Origin: an uncultured virus (IMG/VR IMGVR_UViG_3300031566_004355)
Lineage: Duplodnaviria; Heunggongvirae; Uroviricota; Caudoviricetes
Length of the DNA stretch: 20,000 bases
Strand: one strand, 5' to 3'
IMG/VR virus record: IMGVR_UViG_3300031566_004355
Of the stretch, positions 1 to 7,916 are shown piece after piece (positions within the stretch are counted from its first letter, which is position 1; each line of letters opens with the position of its first letter). Position numbers and translations under genes: made by a program. The notes under the pieces were generated by a model that saw only the letters and a list, made by a program, of their open reading frames with translations, was not told the origin of the DNA and did not search any database.

Positions 1-2
1 TG

Positions 3-53
3 GGGCTCGAGTGGTTCTTTGCGGCAGTGAAGAAGGACGCAAATGAAAACTAA
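3..53 (+). CDS. 3' end of an upstream gene (partial; ...GLEWFFAAVKKDANEN*)
   Basis: Frame open from the window edge to TAA at 51-53, overlapping the ATG at 43 as in a coupled operon. Confidence 0.45.
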   Translation, partial: GLEWFFAAVKKDANEN

Positions 54-2154
54 AGTCCTCCTAGGGTTGCTGTTCGTAGGACTGACAGCGATATACTTCC
101 GGTTCGTCATTTGCGCACCGGAAGGCGCATTACTGACTAACCACCTTGCTACTGACTTGTACGGACACTTTGTACACGTATGGGGGAGACTGAACCTCCT
201 CCGAGAGGGATTTATACCCCTGGGGGACTACTGGGTGCTCAGAGGAGGAGGCTTTCCTGCGGCGCTCAATGACCAAGTGATAATGCAGCACGAACTCTTG
301 TTGACGGCAGTGTACACCCTCACCCACAACCTAGAACAGTCTCTGAGAGTACTCATACCCTTCTTCTACCTCGCTACACTTGCGACAGCGTACTGGTATG
401 GCAAGGTACTGTTCAAGCGTACCGACGCGAGCGTAGTACTTGCAGTCGCGTACGCTTTCTGTGCCTATAGTGTCAACCAGCTCGAGCACCTCGAGTTAAT
501 TGGGGTTCAACCTTTCATACTCCTTGCCCTCATATACCTAGAAAAGACTCTCCAGGACCACAGACCCCTACATATCGTGCTAACGGGCCTGTTCCTGCTC
601 TTAGTGGCTACATCTAACATGTACCCACTATACTTCCTGATGCTCTTCATAATCGCACGTTTGTCCTGGCACATTGTATCGTCCCCGCAACGTCTGAAGA
701 CCGCGAAAAGTGCAGCCAAGATTGGCGTAGTCTTCCTAGTAGCTTTGGTGCCCCTAATACTCCCTACTCTCCTCAACATGCCTACGCAGGAAGCAATCGA
801 CGGACGAGGTGCGGCCATAGCAGGATACGCTCAGCCGCCCATACTGTACTTTCTCAGGAACGCTCCCTACGAGCCCTATACAACCGAAACCTATGTCATG
901 TACATGGGAATAGTAGTACTCCTACTTGCTGCAGTACCGATGGTGTTGAGACGCGACCGGAAGGGTCTATACATCTTTCACGTTGCTCTGGCAAGCTTCT
1001 TCATGCTGTACGCCGTAGGACAGTACGGGCCAGTCAATCTAGCATCGTGGATACACGACCACGCTCCTCTTGCATTCTTCATACAGGTACCTGGGAGAGC
1101 TATGGTAATGGGATATTTGAGCCTAGCCGTGTGCGCGGCATATGGCTTCACCCTCATAGCAGACAGACTGCCCAAACATCGATACTTGTTGGTTCTGGTA
1201 GCAGTCGTCGCGATTTTTGCAGACCTCACAATAGGGTTCGAGCATCACACAATGCCGGCGTACTTTCAACCCACGAGTGCCTACGAGTTCGTGGGAAAGC
1301 AACCCGGCGACTTTCGGGTAGTAGAGGTTCCCCTAATACACGGCCAACAAGCAATGACCACAATCTACACCGAACACGATACTGTAGGACCTACCCTCTG
1401 GGCGTTCGGGCTCTTTGCGCCGCTAGAGGCATTCACGACCGAGTACGAGAACTATACTAACAGCGACATCGACGCTTACAGGTCGGCACAGTACAACGTC
1501 CGCTACGTTATAGTAAACACCGACCCGGAGTACTACACAACCTTCGAGAGAGCCCTAGAGGCTCTGAACGGGCCAACTCTAACTGAAGTACAGGAGCTTG
1601 ACAGGACACTTGAAGAGTCTCAAGACTATACTCTGGTCCACAGCAGTTCATACACTAAAGTGTACGAGAACACCGCTTGGCAGGGACTAGTAACATCTGA
1701 GGGAGCCGATTACTTGACCTGGTCACAGTCCAGTCCCAATTGTATTAACATAGACTACAGCAGCGCTCTGCCAACCGTCATTCAAGTGAGCCAGAGTTAC
1801 TCGGAAGGCTGGGTAGCGTCTTCTAACGGTGCGACGTATACGATTGCCAACCTTCAGGGAATACAAGCAATTGCTGTGCCAGAAGGAACGCGTCACGTAA
1901 CACTCCAGTACGTCAACTACACCACGTGGGTCGCGATGGCTTTAGGGTTCTTGGCGGCGCTAGTATGCGCAATACTATGCATTTGGAGGAGGAAACTATG
2001 GCCGGTGCTAATAGCAGTAGGAATAGGACTAACAATCCTAGCGTTCACGATGGTACCACCACTACTGTATCAATATGCCACGTGGGCACTAGGCGGTGCT
2101 TGCATACTCTCAGGAGTATGGCTTTGTATTACACGGGTTGGAGGTTCATCCTAA
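43..2154 (+). CDS. YfhO-like polytopic membrane glycosyltransferase (GT-C fold), 703 aa
   Basis: Many TM segments in the N-terminal ~400 aa with an early Asp (ATDLYGH) and a PGR motif. Then DFRV, YNVRYVIVN, VYEN and a YfhO-type C-terminal beta domain (SPN..I...VSQSYSEGWVASSNG...AIAVPEG.RHVTLQY), followed by further TM helices. Confidence 0.8.
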   Translation: MKTKVLLGLLFVGLTAIYFRFVICAPEGALLTNHLATDLYGHFVHVWGRLNLLREGFIPLGDYWVLRGGGFPAALNDQVIMQHELLLTAVYTLTHNLEQSLRVLIPFFYLATLATAYWYGKVLFKRTDASVVLAVAYAFCAYSVNQLEHLELIGVQPFILLALIYLEKTLQDHRPLHIVLTGLFLLLVATSNMYPLYFLMLFIIARLSWHIVSSPQRLKTAKSAAKIGVVFLVALVPLILPTLLNMPTQEAIDGRGAAIAGYAQPPILYFLRNAPYEPYTTETYVMYMGIVVLLLAAVPMVLRRDRKGLYIFHVALASFFMLYAVGQYGPVNLASWIHDHAPLAFFIQVPGRAMVMGYLSLAVCAAYGFTLIADRLPKHRYLLVLVAVVAIFADLTIGFEHHTMPAYFQPTSAYEFVGKQPGDFRVVEVPLIHGQQAMTTIYTEHDTVGPTLWAFGLFAPLEAFTTEYENYTNSDIDAYRSAQYNVRYVIVNTDPEYYTTFERALEALNGPTLTEVQELDRTLEESQDYTLVHSSSYTKVYENTAWQGLVTSEGADYLTWSQSSPNCINIDYSSALPTVIQVSQSYSEGWVASSNGATYTIANLQGIQAIAVPEGTRHVTLQYVNYTTWVAMALGFLAALVCAILCIWRRKLWPVLIAVGIGLTILAFTMVPPLLYQYATWALGGACILSGVWLCITRVGGSS

Positions 2155-2158
2155 AGCG

Positions 2159-2338
2159 ATGTACACTGCACTTTTTGTGGGGCTCATTTGTGGGGTCGTT
2201 GGTGTATGTGTTGACCTCGACCACGTTATCGCATACTTTCGGAAGCACAGTGGGCGTATTCTCCACCAGTACCTACTCATTGCTAGTATCGTTGTGCTGT
2301 GTTGTCTTATCGCATATCTTGGAGGACTACTTTCTTGA
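2159..2338 (+). CDS. Small 2-TM membrane protein with DLDH...R.LH motif (YdjM-like metal-dependent hydrolase core), 59 aa
   Basis: ATG at 2159 after GGAGGT near 2140. MYTALFVGLICGVVGVCVDLDHVIAYFRKHSGRILHQYLL resembles the PDLDH...HR..TH motif of YdjM-type proteins. Confidence 0.6.
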   Translation: MYTALFVGLICGVVGVCVDLDHVIAYFRKHSGRILHQYLLIASIVVLCCLIAYLGGLLS

Positions 2339-3738
2339 CTGGTTCTAAACTAACAACTCTAGTCGTTGGTGCGGTCGCGTTCGCCTACTACGCGCTCTTG
2401 AGTGCCAAGAGTTACACTTGGGTCTTCGTATCCTACGACTCTGGGGACTGGCTTGCGTGTGCGAACTGGTGGATGGTACCGCAACCTTACGGAAGTCCGT
2501 TGTACATATTACTGTGCAGACTAGTCGGCATGTTTCCGGGAAGCCAGGCCGTTAACATGACACTAATACTTTCGGTACTACCTGCTGCAATCTCGGTAGC
2601 GCTAGTGTATGCCATAACAATCAAGCTGACCGACAGACGACTTATTGCAATAGTGGCCTCTTGCGCGCTTCTAGCTTCGGTAGTAGTGCTCACTCAAGCA
2701 ACCGTAGTAGAGCAGTATTCACTCGCGGTTATGTTCCTCACTCTCGCTCTGTACTTGCGGCTCCAAGGAAGACCTAAACTGACTGCACTGGCACTCGGGT
2801 TCGGCGCCGCAGTGCACATAATAGTACTTCTGGTCGCGGTGTTCTGGTTAGTAGCCGACTACAAGTACTGGCGTAGGAACGTCCGTGCAATCGTTATCGC
2901 GGGCGCGACAATCACAGTCTCCTACAGCTTTATACTAGTCCTAATGGCTATGGACACGCCTAGGCTGCTTGCAGGAGGCCTCAGCGTGACCAATGTACTA
3001 GACTACATAACAACTACTGGGGGCGCTGTAGTAGGCCAGCTAAGCATCTTCGAACTCCCACGGAGGGTTTGGGACATGTTCAGGATATTACTGGTCTCGC
3101 TCGGTCTAACAATAGTACCCATCTACGTCGGGCTTCGCGGCTCTGTACCCTACCTGAAGCCAGCACTACTCGGAACTGTCGCGGCTGCAGTAGGCTACTA
3201 CTTCATATGTGTCGACTATACTACATGGACGTTTCTGGCCTTCGCGGCTCCTAGCCTCGCTATCATAGCTGGTGTAGGACTCAGCAAGCTTCACCCTAAC
3301 CACACTAAGGTAGTACTCGCGGGGTGTATATGCCTCGCAGTGCTCAACGGGGTGTTCATGAACGCTGACGTCCTGACACGTCAGAATCCAGTAGCCCGAG
3401 AGTACTATAACACACTCAAGGGGATGCCCGCAGGTACAACTATCGTCGTTAACGCAGGGTACTACAGTTTGGGTCTATTTTACGCACTAAGCACCGGCTC
3501 GGACCTCGTTCCTATTATCCACCCATACATGGATGATTGGGAGTTCGAGGACTATCGTATGTGGTTGGATGAGACTTATGGCCTCGGGTCCTGGCAGGGC
3601 GCGAACACTACGGACCTGGTCGGACTGGCCTTAATGCGCGACCCCGACGTCTACTTCTTTGGTAACGACCCCGAACTCGAGAAGTGCTTGGAATTCGAAG
3701 AGGTTGGGAACCTCAGAAAGATTGTAGGAGTACGATAG
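2335..3738 (+). CDS. DUF2723 / TMEM260-like membrane glycosyltransferase (GT-C; putative protein O-mannosyltransferase-like), ~467 aa
   Basis: GGAGG at 2321-2325 and TTG start at 2335 overlapping the upstream TGA. YDSGDWLACANWWMVPQPYGSPLYILL matches the DUF2723 pattern DSGE......L..PHPPG.PLY..L. QAT..EQYSL follows, with many TM helices and a soluble C-terminal domain. Confidence 0.8.
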   Translation: MTGSKLTTLVVGAVAFAYYALLSAKSYTWVFVSYDSGDWLACANWWMVPQPYGSPLYILLCRLVGMFPGSQAVNMTLILSVLPAAISVALVYAITIKLTDRRLIAIVASCALLASVVVLTQATVVEQYSLAVMFLTLALYLRLQGRPKLTALALGFGAAVHIIVLLVAVFWLVADYKYWRRNVRAIVIAGATITVSYSFILVLMAMDTPRLLAGGLSVTNVLDYITTTGGAVVGQLSIFELPRRVWDMFRILLVSLGLTIVPIYVGLRGSVPYLKPALLGTVAAAVGYYFICVDYTTWTFLAFAAPSLAIIAGVGLSKLHPNHTKVVLAGCICLAVLNGVFMNADVLTRQNPVAREYYNTLKGMPAGTTIVVNAGYYSLGLFYALSTGSDLVPIIHPYMDDWEFEDYRMWLDETYGLGSWQGANTTDLVGLALMRDPDVYFFGNDPELEKCLEFEEVGNLRKIVGVR

Positions 3739-4028
3739 TGCGAACCAGAACCGCGGTAATAGCATACACAGCCTTAGGAGCCCTCACTGTCGGTGCCTAC
3801 TTCTCTGTAAAGGACTTTCTGGCGTGGCCTACACACCGCTACATCGTAGTGTCGAACGTCACTGTTAGCTACGTCCTAGCACTAATCCTCGTGGGCGTCC
3901 TCAGTCCAAGAATTACTCGAAGAATCTGGCCCAAAGCACCTAAATGGGCTTTTGCAATCGTAGCGGTAGGTCTAGCTCTAGCTGTCGTAGGTATTCTGGA
4001 CCTACTAGGAGCGCCTACGCGACTATAA
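3738..4028 (+). CDS. Hypothetical 3-TM membrane protein, 96 aa
   Basis: AGGAG at 3726-3730, GTG at 3738 overlapping the upstream TAG, three hydrophobic segments. Confidence 0.7.
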   Translation: MRTRTAVIAYTALGALTVGAYFSVKDFLAWPTHRYIVVSNVTVSYVLALILVGVLSPRITRRIWPKAPKWAFAIVAVGLALAVVGILDLLGAPTRL

Positions 4029-4040
4029 TGGAGGTATATT

Positions 4041-4352
4041 ATGGGAGTCTTAGACGGCTTAATGAAGGCGGCTCGGAGCGTACGCTCCAGGCAGCAGTCA
4101 CAGTACTATCGTAGGCTGCAGACGGACACGCGACGCGCCAAAATGGAGCGGGAAAAGGTACGCCTAATACGTAGAGCTAACAAAGAGAAGGACCGTGCGC
4201 GTCGAGAAGCGAAGAGCATGAAGCCCAAGCGTAAGTTCAAGTTCATGGGCGACCTGCGAGAGTTCGCAGGACGCATCCCTAGCGATACAGACCTCAACAA
4301 ATCCATATTCGGCGCAACCTCGCCTAAGCGCCCTAAGGACACACTCCGATGA
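4041..4352 (+). CDS. Basic Arg/Lys-rich helical protein (related to the C-terminal part of 12902..13660)
   Basis: GGAGGT RBS; very basic; ends with LNKSIFGATSP. Confidence 0.8.
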   Translation: MGVLDGLMKAARSVRSRQQSQYYRRLQTDTRRAKMEREKVRLIRRANKEKDRARREAKSMKPKRKFKFMGDLREFAGRIPSDTDLNKSIFGATSPKRPKDTLR

Positions 4353-4525
4353 AGAACAACAAACGACCTGTATTCCGGGTACGATTCAAGGAGATAGGTA
4401 CTGGTCGAGATGGGGGGTTCGGACCTGTCAAATCCTTCAGGACTACGGCACGCGACCCTCAAGCTGCTACACGGAAACTTCGGAAGAAAGGTGTCAGGGT
4501 GCTTTCGGTGCGCCGAGCAAAATGA
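4349..4525 (+). CDS. Small basic protein, 58 aa (not in ORF track); paralog of 7676..7915
   Basis: ATGA overlap with the upstream stop and AAGGA upstream. Translates as MKNNKRPVFRVRFKEIGTGRDGGFGPVKSFRTTARDPQAATRKLRKKGVRVLSVRRAK*. Confidence 0.75.
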   Translation: MKNNKRPVFRVRFKEIGTGRDGGFGPVKSFRTTARDPQAATRKLRKKGVRVLSVRRAK

Positions 4526-4532
4526 GCCTTCC

Positions 4533-4586
4533 CTATCAGGATGTGCTTGCGTTCTGTTGCGGACATATGATATAATGAGGTGTAAT
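4533..4586 (+). promoter_or_regulatory. Promoter P1 (sigma70-type, conserved extended motif)
   Basis: CTATCAGGATGTGC-TTGCGT (4547-4552), 18 bp spacer, TATAAT (4571-4576) with TGn extended -10. Motif shared with 15965 and 18802. Confidence 0.85.
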
Positions 4587-4613
4587 AAACAAATCGCTCC
4601 CACGTAAGTTGCG

Positions 4614-4910
4614 ATGTACGAAGATATTGTGAAGCACGCCCCAGCAGCTGCTCGACAGCGTATTCAAATATACGCTGAAAGTGTTGAGGAGGTAGAAGAC
4701 CCTGCCGAGCTCCTTGAAAAGTATGGTGTAAAGGACCTCAAGGAACTTGTTCAGCATCTTGTAGAGTACGAGTCTGGTACGCCCTACGACGTTGGTACTG
4801 ACAAGCTCATCCCGGACTACAAGCTGTTCTGGGAAATGTTGGACAAGGTCTATGGTACTGAGAAGAACGCTGTAGACGAGATACGAAGTAAACAAGGGGG
4901 TAAAATGTGA
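4614..4910 (+). CDS. Hypothetical acidic helical protein
   Basis: First ORF after P1, coupled to the next gene. No obvious SD. Confidence 0.7.
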   Translation: MYEDIVKHAPAAARQRIQIYAESVEEVEDPAELLEKYGVKDLKELVQHLVEYESGTPYDVGTDKLIPDYKLFWEMLDKVYGTEKNAVDEIRSKQGGKM

Positions 4911-5122
4911 GCCTGTACTATAACGAGCGAGCAGCGTTAGCTTTAGCGTTACGTAGACACGTTAATAATGCTCCGGCAAGCGAGTACGACGACGACATGA
5001 AGAAGTATCTAGTCGACCTTATCAACAAGTTCAGAGACCACGGCTATGCAGTCATAGTACACGGCAACGATAAGTTTCAACAGGAAGCATTTGACGAGCT
5101 GCTTAGGCACGCTCTAGAGTAG
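4907..5122 (+). CDS. Hypothetical protein, paralog of 6204..6467
   Basis: AAGGGGGT RBS, GTG start overlapping the upstream stop; 15/27 N-terminal identities with 6204..6467. Confidence 0.8.
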   Translation: MSLYYNERAALALALRRHVNNAPASEYDDDMKKYLVDLINKFRDHGYAVIVHGNDKFQQEAFDELLRHALE

Positions 5123-5134
5123 GAGGTAAGTAAT

Positions 5135-5335
5135 ATGCAACTAGGAATGCGTTCATTCAGAGTATATTGTTCCGAAACAGACCTTGACAAGAACGTTCGT
5201 GCTCTCGACGAAAGCGACGCGCTTAGACAGGCAGGCATAGACCCTACAATGGCTACAGTCGAGAGTGCAGATGGCCACCGAGTCATTCTCAACGTTGAAG
5301 GTAACGCCGTCGTAATTTACGACTCAGGTTACTAG
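5135..5335 (+). CDS. Hypothetical protein
   Basis: AGGAGGT RBS at 5121. Confidence 0.75.
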   Translation: MQLGMRSFRVYCSETDLDKNVRALDESDALRQAGIDPTMATVESADGHRVILNVEGNAVVIYDSGY

Positions 5336-5355
5336 TAAGTAAGGGGGTAAGTAAC

Positions 5356-5637
5356 ATGCCAACAAATCAGAAACGAAAGTCCAAGAAGCCCTACTGGCGA
5401 GAGTTCTCTACCCTTGGTAAAGACCCTACAGACCCACAGGGCATAAGAACGGTAAAGCTTCCAATCTATTACCTGTTCAACACCGAGGGAACTATGCGAG
5501 GCTATGCCCAAGCTAAGGCGAACGGTTCGTGGGTAACTGCTGTAGGTCGTCCGAGTGTGCAAATAAGCAATACTGCTACTACGGCCGAAGAAGCCAAGAA
5601 GCTTATAGAGGACACTATAGCTGAGTGGGGACTATGA
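5356..5637 (+). CDS. Hypothetical protein
   Basis: AAGGGGGT RBS; C-terminal TAEEAKKLIE helix of a kind common in small phage proteins. Confidence 0.75.
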   Translation: MPTNQKRKSKKPYWREFSTLGKDPTDPQGIRTVKLPIYYLFNTEGTMRGYAQAKANGSWVTAVGRPSVQISNTATTAEEAKKLIEDTIAEWGL

Positions 5638-5665
5638 ACTCTGCAGTACAAGGAGGGTTAGTGTT

Positions 5666-5890
5666 ATGAGCGTCACAACACACAAGACAATGAGGTTAAC
5701 GAGGGCGCCTGAGGTCGAGGGACCGAATGTTACTCACACTTGGAACGCGCTCTTCGATACCTACGGCTACGAGACCTTTCATCCAATTGAAGCCTTAGGA
5801 GCCTTACGGGCCACCAGGGGCATCCGGAGAGACGTAGCCGAGGCACAGCTAAACAAACTCGTAGAGCTGGGGCTCGCAACAGCACCCTAG
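5666..5890 (+). CDS. Hypothetical protein, possible winged-helix
   Basis: AAGGAGG RBS; GIRRDVAEAQLNKLVELGL resembles a wHTH recognition helix (weak). Confidence 0.65.
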   Translation: MSVTTHKTMRLTRAPEVEGPNVTHTWNALFDTYGYETFHPIEALGALRATRGIRRDVAEAQLNKLVELGLATAP

Positions 5891-5915
5891 GACATACTCT
5901 GGAACAGGAGATGAG

Positions 5916-6203
5916 ATGGCTAATTCTGCAAGGGTAATAAGAGTCGATGGCTTAGTAACAGACCTCGACCATCGTCCAACCTTGACGGAGGCCCAAGGCA
6001 TAGTCGAGGGCTACCTTGAGCTAGTTAAGGTAAAGGACGCTATGACCGGACACACCGTAACACTAGTCGTAAATGAGGACGGAAAGCCCACGGGACTGCC
6101 AGTCAATTGGGTCGCGACCAACGAGTACGGGGCATTTGTGTCTGGAGGTGTCCTTGTCGGAAATGTTATAGTATTGACCGGCTGGCAGACTGTAGGAAAC
6201 TAG
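5916..6203 (+). CDS. DUF3846-family protein
   Basis: PTLTEAQGIVEGYLELV...LVVNEDGK..GLPVN..AT...LVGNVIVL fits the DUF3846 pattern; AGGAG RBS. Confidence 0.8.
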   Translation: MANSARVIRVDGLVTDLDHRPTLTEAQGIVEGYLELVKVKDAMTGHTVTLVVNEDGKPTGLPVNWVATNEYGAFVSGGVLVGNVIVLTGWQTVGN

Positions 6204-6467
6204 ATGAGTCTAACATATGCCGAGAGACAACCCGTAGTAGCTGCGCTCCGACGCTACCTATACAATGCACCCGATACCGAGTATAGCGCTTCGGAGAAGA
6301 TGCAACTGCTCGCTGTCATCGACGAGTTCGAGCGATGGAGCTATAGCATAGTTGCAGGTGCACCCGAAGCCGAGGCATTCTACGAGCTGGTGCAGAAGGT
6401 GTCGCCCTGGAGTCTTCCAACTTCGCCAAGACCCCACGATAAGGTGTTCAACACATTCTACCTATAA
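6204..6467 (+). CDS. Hypothetical protein, paralog of 4907..5122
   Basis: ATG directly after the upstream TAG; shared MSL.Y.ER.....ALRR...NAP..EY and EAF.EL. Confidence 0.8.
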   Translation: MSLTYAERQPVVAALRRYLYNAPDTEYSASEKMQLLAVIDEFERWSYSIVAGAPEAEAFYELVQKVSPWSLPTSPRPHDKVFNTFYL

Positions 6468-6480
6468 GGAGGTACAAGAT

Positions 6481-6684
6481 ATGACAAAGCTCACACCTGA
6501 AGAAAAGCAAGCACTTCGTACTATAATCGACAATCTCGGCACCACTGTAGCAGACCAGGACGTACTGAAAGACGTCGAGTTCTCGGGTCTTAGCAAAGAC
6601 AGCGCGAAGAGGGTACTTACAGTCTACAAAACGTTGTGCAAGGACCTCCAGAACTGGCTGAACAACGAACTCGATGAGTATTAG
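6481..6684 (+). CDS. Hypothetical small helical protein, 67 aa
   Basis: AAGGAGGT RBS before ATG at 6481 (MTKLTPEEKQAL...). The track start at 6352 overlaps the previous gene. Confidence 0.8.
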   Translation: MTKLTPEEKQALRTIIDNLGTTVADQDVLKDVEFSGLSKDSAKRVLTVYKTLCKDLQNWLNNELDEY

Positions 6685-6739
6685 TATAAGCACCAACACA
6701 TCTGTACTACGCCAACTCCATAGGATGAGGAGGTAACAT

Positions 6740-7054
6740 ATGAACAAGCACCAACGACTCAAAGAGTACGGAATGTACATCCGTAAGAACAGTCGGAGTA
6801 TGTACAACCTCGGCTGGACAGATTCACAACGTCCCGGAGGCCTAGCCGAGTTTCCTACGTGGGACGATGCCTACAATGCGTTCGAGGATACCGTGCTCTG
6901 CTTCTGGGACGCTCGGATGGAAGACTTCCAGACATATATGGAAGAGAGCCTGTACCACGCACAAAAGAGTCCTCAACTAGAAAGGGCTCATACCGAACAC
7001 GAACAGCATCTCGAGGAGTCTCGAAATAAACTGTATGACCTAACGAAGCTATGA
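6740..7054 (+). CDS. Hypothetical protein
   Basis: AGGAGGT RBS; coupled to the next gene by ATGA. Confidence 0.75.
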   Translation: MNKHQRLKEYGMYIRKNSRSMYNLGWTDSQRPGGLAEFPTWDDAYNAFEDTVLCFWDARMEDFQTYMEESLYHAQKSPQLERAHTEHEQHLEESRNKLYDLTKL

Positions 7055-7377
7055 AGCTGTACCATGGTACGACCGATAAGCACATACAAGACATACTACG
7101 TGAGGGACTACAACCACCTTTTGAGGACACTCAGGTGTCCCTTACCGACGACTACGAGCTTGCAGTTTCGTACGCCACCGATGCAGCTAACCTAGCAGGA
7201 GGCAAACCAACCGTCCTGACAGTCTTAGTAAGTCGGGCACGCGAAGGCTACCTTGCAGAATTCGACGTCCCGAGCGTACCTCCTAAGGATATCGTTAAGG
7301 TCGAGCGTGTTCGACCTGTTGCGTCGACAGAGCATACAGAGATTGTGAAGCGCTTAATAGAGAAAAGAGGCGAATGA
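7051..7377 (+). CDS. ADP-ribosyltransferase-fold protein (Tpt1/KptA NAD-binding-lobe-like)
   Basis: LYHGT......ILREGLQP...VSLT....LA..YA...P.VL.V...EF.V..VPP.DI pattern. Confidence 0.7.
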   Translation: MKLYHGTTDKHIQDILREGLQPPFEDTQVSLTDDYELAVSYATDAANLAGGKPTVLTVLVSRAREGYLAEFDVPSVPPKDIVKVERVRPVASTEHTEIVKRLIEKRGE

Positions 7378-7679
7378 GCAAGGTACAACAGCACTCCAGA
7401 CGAAGTCAGATGGCCGTGGACGCCTATAATGTTTTGGCGGAGATGGGTATACCCCTACACACTGACTTCATCGCAAAGCTTGTCTACCATCGACGCGGAA
7501 TAAACCTCGACAAGCACCCTTGGTGGTCGGAGGAGTACAAGAAGCTGACCAAGCAGGTACGCGACGCGATTTATGCACACTCGGAGCTGTTCGAGAACCA
7601 AGGGACGCCCGGAGTGTACTTTCTAACTGGAAAGCGTCCCAACATTCGTAGCTATGATACAATTACGGAGGTACCATGA
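7374..7679 (+). CDS. HARE-HTH (RNA polymerase delta N-terminal-like) winged-helix protein
   Basis: AYNVLAEMGIPLH...IAKLV...G...VRDAI.....LF.....GVYFL matches the HARE-HTH pattern. Confidence 0.6.
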   Translation: MSKVQQHSRRSQMAVDAYNVLAEMGIPLHTDFIAKLVYHRRGINLDKHPWWSEEYKKLTKQVRDAIYAHSELFENQGTPGVYFLTGKRPNIRSYDTITEVP

Positions 7680-7915
7680 ACAGCCTGTACTCAGTTTTAT
7701 ACGACGACGGTAGCGGCCGCGGAATGGGTCCGTCTGGACAAGAAGTATTCCACACTCGTTCTTCCACACCTGAGGCTGCCATCCGCAAAGTGATGAAGCA
7801 TCAAGGATGGAAAGAGATTCCTAACATTGCAATCGACCACCTCGCAAACGGCGACCTAGAGTATTACTACGACGGCTCGACTTGGACTGCTTCGGTCGTA
7901 AAGGAGTTACCGTAA
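7676..7915 (+). CDS. Hypothetical protein, paralog of 4349..4525
   Basis: GGAGGT RBS; YSVLY..GSGR..G..G...FHT....PEAAIRK. Confidence 0.75.
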   Translation: MNSLYSVLYDDGSGRGMGPSGQEVFHTRSSTPEAAIRKVMKHQGWKEIPNIAIDHLANGDLEYYYDGSTWTASVVKELP

Positions 7916-7916
7916 A

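Noticed and set aside
1047..3254. Alternative-frame plus-strand ORFs 1047..1460, 1926..2348 and 3069..3254
   Set aside because: They overlap the glycosyltransferase genes out of frame and lack a convincing RBS or motif.
3738..4028. Holin or GtrA flippase call for the 3-TM protein
   Set aside because: No endolysin nearby and no GtrA motif recognised; left as a hypothetical membrane protein.
4410..4607. 65-aa plus-strand ORF
   Set aside because: It runs through promoter P1. The coupled 4349..4525 frame, which has a paralog, explains the region better.
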